Program-made: the position numbers and the translations under genes
Shown here: positions 13,462 through 18,103 of the stretch, piece after piece
Layout: each line of letters begins with the position of its first letter
How positions within the stretch are numbered: position 1 is the stretch's first letter
From: an uncultured Bacilli bacterium
GTDB lineage: Bacteria > Bacillota_I > Bacilli_A > RF39 > UBA660
DNA: 18,103 bases
Direction: 5' to 3'
Assembly (NCBI GenBank): GCA_934120015.1
Contig: CAKOTD010000024.1
Location: 1 to 18,103, forward strand
The notes under the pieces: generated by a model
Seen by the model: only the letters and a program-made list of their open reading frames with translations
The model's database searches: none
What the model was told of the DNA's origin: nothing

Positions 13462-15378
13462 ATGAATAGTCAAGATTTAACTTTATTGTCTGAAGGACAA
13501 ATTTGGGGAAATAGTAGTGAACCTCAATTAGAAGTAATTAGAAAATACGGAACAAAAGCTGCAATTACGGATTTATGTGTTTTAACCGGTGGTTATTTAT
13601 GTGAAGATACTGATGATAATATAGATGAAGATAGATCTTTAACTGGTAGAACTAGTTATTTTTGGACTAGATCTGATGATGGCGATAATGATGTCCGCGC
13701 GGTCTATAAGAATGGTAGTAGGTACCTCAAATCTAGGTATACCCGCACTGGTGCTGTTCGCCCAGTTTTGCAATCTTCTGTAATCTTTTCCCAAATCTCC
13801 CCGAACAGAGTGAGGGGATACAATGGAACAGAAGAAGTAGAATATGGAGAATATCCTCAAAATGCTGCTGATTCAAGAATGCAAAATATACTAGAGTCAG
13901 AATATAATGGAGGAATGAATAAGACAGGAAGAAGTTACACATTTGATTCTGTAAAATATGATGCCTATGATACAGGATTTAAACCTGTAACTTATGAAGA
14001 ATACGAATATCAAGGAAAGAAATATATTCGTATAAAAGCTAACCCTAATTTTGGTGGCAGTAAATTCAAGCTTTCAAATGGTGTTGAATATAGAAAGGGT
14101 GATTACGTTTGGGTAGAAGTATCACCAGTTAAATGGTTGATAGATGATAGAACAGGAATTTTAATTTCAAAAAAAGGATTGGTTTCTGGTATAAGATTTC
14201 TTGATACTATTTATAAAGGTGATTTTGATAGAACAGAAATGAAAGAATATCTTGATAGATATATGCTTCGAGATTTAACTCAAACTGTAACATTTACTCG
14301 TGTTCAAAATATGACACCAGAAGAAAAAGCTAAATTTGAAGAAGAACAAAAACAAGCCGAAAGAAAAAGAAACCCTTATGGTTTAAAATTTGGACAAGTA
14401 AGTGAAGAAGAAATCATAAGAGGAGCAATAGAAAGTGGTGTAGCAGTATTTTTGCATGGCCCTTCATCAGAGGGTAAATCTGCAAGAGTAAAACAAATAG
14501 ATCCTACTTGCGAAATAATATATCTTCGTAATGCGACACCAGAAAGTTTAAATGGTAAAAGTGTATATAATGGATCAACAGGAGAAATGATGGATGTTCC
14601 ACCAACATGGCTTAAGAAATTACAAGAAAAATGTGAAAAGGAACCAGATAGACTTCATGTAGTATTCTTTGATGAAATAACAAATGCTCTACCAAGTATT
14701 CAAGGTATAGCGTTTAATATAGTTTTAGATAGAGAAGTAAATGGTATTTGGAAATTACCAGAAAATGCTAGAATTGTAGCAGCAGGAAATGATATGAAAG
14801 ATTCATTAGCTGCAAATCAGTTAGCAGAACCATTATTCAATAGATTTGCTCATGTATATATTAAAACAACAACCGAAGGTTGGTTAAAGTGGGCAAGTGA
14901 ACATAATATACATCCAGCAATTTATTCTTATATTGCTTATAAGAAGGGTGAAACACTCCGAAGTAAGTATGATGGTGAGAAACCTAATGCTGATCCTAGA
15001 AAATGGGAAATGGCTTCTAAAATGCTTTATGCAACAGGAAGCCCAGAAATGTTAAGGGCATTAGTAGGTGAAGATATAACAAGAGAATTTGTTGAGTTTT
15101 GTAATCAACAAGTAATAACATTAGATGATGTAATAAATGGAAATTATACCGATAGAGATATAAAGGCATTAAATACTGCTGAAAGATATGCAACAACTAT
15201 GGGATTAACGCAGGTAGACAATGATAATTTAGAAAAAGTTAGAGGATTCGTTACAGGATTAGGAGCAGAGTTTGGAGCAATTTTTGATGCTTTATGGACA
15301 CATGGTGATGAAAGTAAGTTAGAAAGACTTGCAGAAGCAAAACTTGCTGAAATGCCGGGAGGAGGTATAAGAAGATAA
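13462..15378 (+). CDS. Cassette gene 1: N-terminal beta-rich (DUF6273-like) domain fused to a MoxR/AAA_5-like AAA+ ATPase with a C-terminal helical extension
   Basis: ORF 13450..15378. I prefer ATG 13462, with GGTGA 5 nt upstream. Walker A is FLHGPSSEGKS (GPSSEGKS at 14458-14481). Walker B is HVVFFDE (DE at 14671-14676). A sensor-1-like RIVAAGND and LFNRF (Arg at 14842-14844) follow, the usual MoxR order. The N-terminal ~300 aa carry SYFWTRS...GAVRPVL and EYGEYPQ...WVEVSPVKWLIDD motifs that I associate with the Firmicute YWLRS/VRPAL domain family (DUF6273, from memory). Confidence 0.8.
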   Translation: MNSQDLTLLSEGQIWGNSSEPQLEVIRKYGTKAAITDLCVLTGGYLCEDTDDNIDEDRSLTGRTSYFWTRSDDGDNDVRAVYKNGSRYLKSRYTRTGAVRPVLQSSVIFSQISPNRVRGYNGTEEVEYGEYPQNAADSRMQNILESEYNGGMNKTGRSYTFDSVKYDAYDTGFKPVTYEEYEYQGKKYIRIKANPNFGGSKFKLSNGVEYRKGDYVWVEVSPVKWLIDDRTGILISKKGLVSGIRFLDTIYKGDFDRTEMKEYLDRYMLRDLTQTVTFTRVQNMTPEEKAKFEEEQKQAERKRNPYGLKFGQVSEEEIIRGAIESGVAVFLHGPSSEGKSARVKQIDPTCEIIYLRNATPESLNGKSVYNGSTGEMMDVPPTWLKKLQEKCEKEPDRLHVVFFDEITNALPSIQGIAFNIVLDREVNGIWKLPENARIVAAGNDMKDSLAANQLAEPLFNRFAHVYIKTTTEGWLKWASEHNIHPAIYSYIAYKKGETLRSKYDGEKPNADPRKWEMASKMLYATGSPEMLRALVGEDITREFVEFCNQQVITLDDVINGNYTDRDIKALNTAERYATTMGLTQVDNDNLEKVRGFVTGLGAEFGAIFDALWTHGDESKLERLAEAKLAEMPGGGIRR

Positions 15379-15770
15379 TGGAAACCAAGAAAGAAATATT
15401 ATTATCATATATTAAAGCAAATGTTGCACCAATATTAGTTGATTTTATATCTGGTAAGGATTTGAATGGTGTAGTTGTAGTACCTGCCAATGTTGATGTT
15501 AAAGAGTTAAATGGTCATTATGATGGAGTAGATTTTATACCTCCTAAATGGCTTAATGAAATATTAAGTACAAATGCTAATAGAATATTAGTAATTGATA
15601 AAATTGATTCGATTTCTAAAGAAGAACAATTAAAGTTTTGTGAATTATTAGAACATAGGAAAATATCTACATTTGAATTACCTAAAAGCTGTGTAATAAT
15701 TGTTACTGCAAATGAAATAAATAAAGATAAAATAAGTGAAGAAATATTTTCATTAGTTGCACGAATTTGA
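15378..15770 (+). CDS. Cassette gene 2: 130-aa degenerate paralog of the gene-1 AAA+ core (Walker A lost, Walker B DE changed to DK)
   Basis: The start overlaps the gene-1 stop (TAATG at 15376-15380). It aligns to gene 1 as follows: IPPKWLNEIL to VPPTWLKKLQ, RILVIDKID to HVVFFDEIT (DK at 15597-15602), FELPKSCVIIVTANE to WKLPENARIVAAGND. The P-loop register reads FISGKDLN instead of GPSSEGKS. Confidence 0.7.
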   Translation: METKKEILLSYIKANVAPILVDFISGKDLNGVVVVPANVDVKELNGHYDGVDFIPPKWLNEILSTNANRILVIDKIDSISKEEQLKFCELLEHRKISTFELPKSCVIIVTANEINKDKISEEIFSLVARI

Positions 15771-15780
15771 GGTGTAAGTT

Positions 15781-17346
15781 ATGAAATATGATATAGCAGC
15801 ATTAAAAAGAAAAATGCTTGTTAAATATCCTTTTTTTGGGAGTGTAGTAGCAAGTGTATGTTATAAAGAAAACAAAGATATTCCAACCGCAGGCACAGAT
15901 GGAGAAACAATATATTATAATCCGGAATATTTAGATGGATTAAGTGTTGAGGAACAAACTTTTATATTTGCCCATGAAGTATGTCATATTGCATTCAATC
16001 ATATATTGAGAAGTGAAGGTAAGAATCCTGAATTATGGAATATTGCTACTGATGGTGTTATTAATCAATTTTTAAAACGAGATGGTTTAAAAATGGCACC
16101 AGGTGGTGTTGATATGGCAGAAGCTATTAATTATGATGCTGAACAACTATATGAAAAATTATTACAAGAAAAACAGCAAGGACAACAACAAAGTGGACAA
16201 GGTAATAGTCAACAAAATCAACAACAAAGTAGTGGTGGTAGTCAAGGTGGAAATAATCAACAACAACCTCAATCACAACAACAGAATGGAGAATCACAAA
16301 ATCAAGAAAGTAAACAGCAAAGTAGTGATGGAGGACAAAGTGGTGATAATCAACAACAATCTCAATCACAGCAACAAGGTAATTCAGGTAGTGGAAGTTC
16401 ACAAGAACAAAAAAAACAATCACAAGAACAGAGTGGTGGTGAATCTGGTGAAGATTCACAAAAAGAAGATAAATCAAAACCAGATGTTGGGCATGATACT
16501 CACAGTATGTGGGAACAAGCAGTAAAAAAACATAAAGAACAACAAGAAAAAACTGATGAAAAAGAGAGTTTATTAGATAAATTATTAGGAAAAGATAAAA
16601 AAGATAAAGAGAAAACTGAACTTGAAAAGAAACAGGAAGAACTTGAAAGTATGGGAGAAAAAGATGCTTTTAAAAAGAACCTTGAAGATAAGAAAAAACA
16701 GCTTGAAGAATTAAAAGAGGCAATTTCAAAACAAGCATCACAGGCTGGTACATCAACGAATAGAGATATTAGAACAGTTAATGATATAGGTACTGCTAAA
16801 CCATTAATTGATTGGCGTTATGTTTTAAGAGAGGCAATTAAGTATGATGTTGATTGGTCTTATAAAAATGCAACATTAGAAGAGGGTGTAGTTAGTGCTA
16901 ATTTAGAAGAACAGCCAATGCCAGAAACTGAAATTGTTCTTGATACAAGTGGTTCAATAAATGAAGTATTATTAAAGAACTTTTTAAGAGAATGTAAAAA
17001 TATATTACAACATACTAAATTAAAAGTTGGATGTTTTGATACAGAATTTTATGGATTTCATGAGATTAGAACAGAAGAAGATATAGAAAAGATGCAATTT
17101 GAAGGTGGAGGAGGTACTGACTTCGACGTTGCTGTAGGTTCTTTCTCAAGACGAGTTGAAAATAAAATAATTTTTACTGATGGTGAAGCTTCAATGCCAG
17201 ATATGCCACTTGATGCAATATGGATAGTTTTTGGTGGTGAAAGAATTAATCCTAAAGGTGGTAAAGTAATTCATATAGACAATGAACAACTTGAAAGACT
17301 ATATAATTATCAAATGACTAATGAAACAAAAGGAAGGTCAAGGTAA
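15781..17346 (+). CDS. Cassette gene 3: HExxH metallopeptidase-like domain, Gln-rich low-complexity linker, Lys/Glu coiled coil and VWA-like domain with MIDAS (DUF2201_N/DUF2201-type architecture)
   Basis: GAGGTG RBS 6 nt upstream. The N-domain is YPFFGSVV...TAGTDGETIYYNPEYL...FIFAHEVCHIAFNH...LWNIATDGVINQFL (HEVCH at 15973-15987). The VWA part has EIVLDTSGSI (DTSGS at 16942-16956), GGGGTDF (Thr at 17116-17118) and IIFTDGEA (Asp at 17179-17181), a complete MIDAS set. Confidence 0.85.
   Translation: MKYDIAALKRKMLVKYPFFGSVVASVCYKENKDIPTAGTDGETIYYNPEYLDGLSVEEQTFIFAHEVCHIAFNHILRSEGKNPELWNIATDGVINQFLKRDGLKMAPGGVDMAEAINYDAEQLYEKLLQEKQQGQQQSGQGNSQQNQQQSSGGSQGGNNQQQPQSQQQNGESQNQESKQQSSDGGQSGDNQQQSQSQQQGNSGSGSSQEQKKQSQEQSGGESGEDSQKEDKSKPDVGHDTHSMWEQAVKKHKEQQEKTDEKESLLDKLLGKDKKDKEKTELEKKQEELESMGEKDAFKKNLEDKKKQLEELKEAISKQASQAGTSTNRDIRTVNDIGTAKPLIDWRYVLREAIKYDVDWSYKNATLEEGVVSANLEEQPMPETEIVLDTSGSINEVLLKNFLRECKNILQHTKLKVGCFDTEFYGFHEIRTEEDIEKMQFEGGGGTDFDVAVGSFSRRVENKIIFTDGEASMPDMPLDAIWIVFGGERINPKGGKVIHIDNEQLERLYNYQMTNETKGRSR
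16174..16460 (+). repeat. CAA/CAG-rich low-complexity tract encoding a Q/S/G/N-rich segment, with an internal 60-nt duplication
   Basis: About 97 codons, of which I count 37 Gln and no aliphatic or aromatic residues. QSSGGSQGGNNQQQPQSQQQ (16225-16284) is repeated as QSSDGGQSGDNQQQSQSQQQ (16318-16377), with 15/20 aa identical. Confidence 0.85.
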
Positions 17347-17391
17347 AACAAAGATTTAGAAAAAAATCTGAATCTTTTTTGTACTATAAAA

Positions 17392-17440
17392 GTGTAATAA
17401 TTAATTGCTATTGAGTAATTGATTATTACACTTCTTTTTA
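17392..17440 (+). terminator. Hairpin with a perfect 10-bp stem downstream of the cassette (possible terminator or IS-end structure)
   Basis: GTGTAATAAT (17392-17401) pairs with ATTATTACAC (17422-17431) across a 20-nt loop, followed by TTCTTTTTA. A weaker hairpin plus T-run (AAAGATT...AATCTTTTTT) lies at about 17350-17380. Confidence 0.4.
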
Positions 17441-17448
17441 TTATGATT

Positions 17449-17636
17449 GAAGTGATTGGATAACGTGAGTCTTTTAGAGATAAAGTTCTCGTCACAAAAA
17501 GTGTTATCCAACCTTCACATAATATATTCGTCTAAACAAGTTGAGATTGAAATAGTTCTCGAGTAAAGGGTCAAAACGATGATATGTAGAGGAGTTGGAA
17601 CCAATCATAATTTAAAGAATAGGAAGGAAAAGAAAA
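17449..17636 (+). ncRNA. Candidate structured non-coding left end of the IS110-family element (possible bridge-RNA-like transcript)
   Basis: The interrupted stem GAAG-TGA-TTGGATAAC (17449-17464) pairs with GTTATCCAA-CCTTC (17503-17516), and about 120 further non-coding nt lie directly upstream of the IS110-type recombinase ORF. IS110-group elements are known to encode a structured guide (bridge) RNA in this position. I did not verify the fold or the guide loops. Confidence 0.2.
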
Positions 17637-18103
17637 ATGAAGTATGGAGGTGGGATTGATATATCAAAAGGGAAAAGCACAATAGCAATATTATCAGTTG
17701 CAGGTGAGGCAATTGAAGAACCATTTGAAATAAATCATGATATTAATGGACTAAATCTATTGGAAGAAAAAATAAAAGATATTCCAAAAGAATATTTAAA
17801 AATGACGGAAGTATTATAGCATATGCTGGATTAGATGCCCCACCATATCAATCCGGACAATTCGAAGCAACAAATAGACATATATCTAAACGAGGAAATA
17901 AATATTTAAGAAAAACTGAATATGAAATAATGAAATCCATACAAAGTAGTTGTAAAACAGATAATGAATTAAAATCTTATATTATCAAAAAAGAAAATGA
18001 AGGTAAATTAAAGAAAGTAACAAAAATTGCAGGATTAAATAGGTTTTTGAGAATGTATTATGGAATTGTGAAAAAGACATATAAAGAACTAGAAATATGG
18101 TAA
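17637..18103 (+). pseudogene. IS110-family transposase/recombinase, internally deleted (N-terminal ~55 aa joined out of frame to C-terminal ~95 aa)
   Basis: 17637-17819 encodes MKYGGGIDISKGKSTIAIL...FEINHDINGLNLL, the N-terminal GIDxSK DEDD-type motif, and stops where the EATGxYH core should follow. From about 17822, in a different frame (open 17747-18103), it reads YAGLDAPPYQSGQFEATNRHISKRGNKYLRKT...GKLKKVTKIAGLNRFLRMYYGIV, the C-terminal Transposase_20-like part. The roughly 200-aa middle is missing. The window ends at its TAA stop. Confidence 0.7.

Noticed and set aside
12917-13830. A functional diversity-generating retroelement (RT plus template repeat plus variable repeat in cassette gene 1).
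   Set aside because: The RT is truncated and frameshifted. No template repeat or avd-like gene is present, and I found no second copy of the 13690-13825 patch in the window. Only the weaker hypothesis of a historical footprint is kept as a low-interest finding.
16103-16525. ORFs 16103-16525 (+) and 16127-16477 (-) overlapping the Q-rich tract of cassette gene 3.
   Set aside because: These are alternative-frame and antisense readings of a CAA-rich low-complexity repeat (N/K/V-rich or V/H/F-rich products). The frame containing the HExxH and MIDAS motifs is clearly the real one.
2610-17495. Other short track ORFs: 2610-2813(-), 4175-4381(-), 6121-6357(-), 6380-6697(-), 7076-7279(-), 10357-10662(-), 10379-10576(+), 10673-10867(-), 10917-11102(-), 13191-13403(-), 13639-13860(-), 13733-13942(-), 15251-15490(-), 17310-17495(-).
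   Set aside because: Each lies inside or antisense to a well-supported CDS, pseudogene or structured intergenic region. None has a convincing RBS, and their translations are compositionally aberrant. I treat them as AT-rich-genome noise.
1-18103. Scan for CRISPR arrays, tRNA or rRNA genes, riboswitch-like leaders, and toxin-antitoxin pairs.
   Set aside because: There are no regularly spaced direct repeats with unique spacers, no cloverleaf-like or rRNA-like GC-rich segments in this AT-rich window, leaders before dxs and the other genes are too short for riboswitches, and I recognised no small two-gene toxin-antitoxin-like pairs.

Overview
AT-rich chromosome segment from an endospore-forming Firmicute (Clostridia- or Erysipelotrichia-like, judged from gene content and composition). 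From 1 to about 12.77 kb the genes are core or sporulation genes. They are sigK (minus strand), a divergent and apparently catalytically dead RelA/SpoT-like gene, a membrane-anchored coiled-coil surface protein, and a spoIIAA-sigF pair with no spoIIAB between them and a non-phosphorylatable SpoIIAA. These are followed by spoVAC-spoVAD-spoVAEb, a small lipoprotein, a 1075-aa prepilin-leader protein with duplicated Ig/FN3-like modules and a Cys-rich tail, and dxs. From about 12.77 kb to the window end lies an accessory island scarred by mobile-element debris: a 5'-truncated, frameshifted DGR-like reverse transcriptase and an internally deleted IS110-family transposase. The island carries a tightly coupled three-gene cassette (13462-17346). 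Gene 1 is a beta-rich N-terminal domain fused to a MoxR/AAA_5-like ATPase. Gene 2 is a 130-aa paralog of that ATPase core with ruined Walker A/B motifs. Gene 3 combines an HExxH metallopeptidase-like domain, a Gln-rich low-complexity linker, a coiled coil and a VWA/MIDAS domain. This cassette is my best candidate for an undescribed system, possibly an NTP-dependent conflict or defence module or a phage-derived module. Its function cannot be read from sequence alone. I recognised no rRNA, tRNA or CRISPR array. All motif comparisons come from memory of family consensus sequences, not from database searches.
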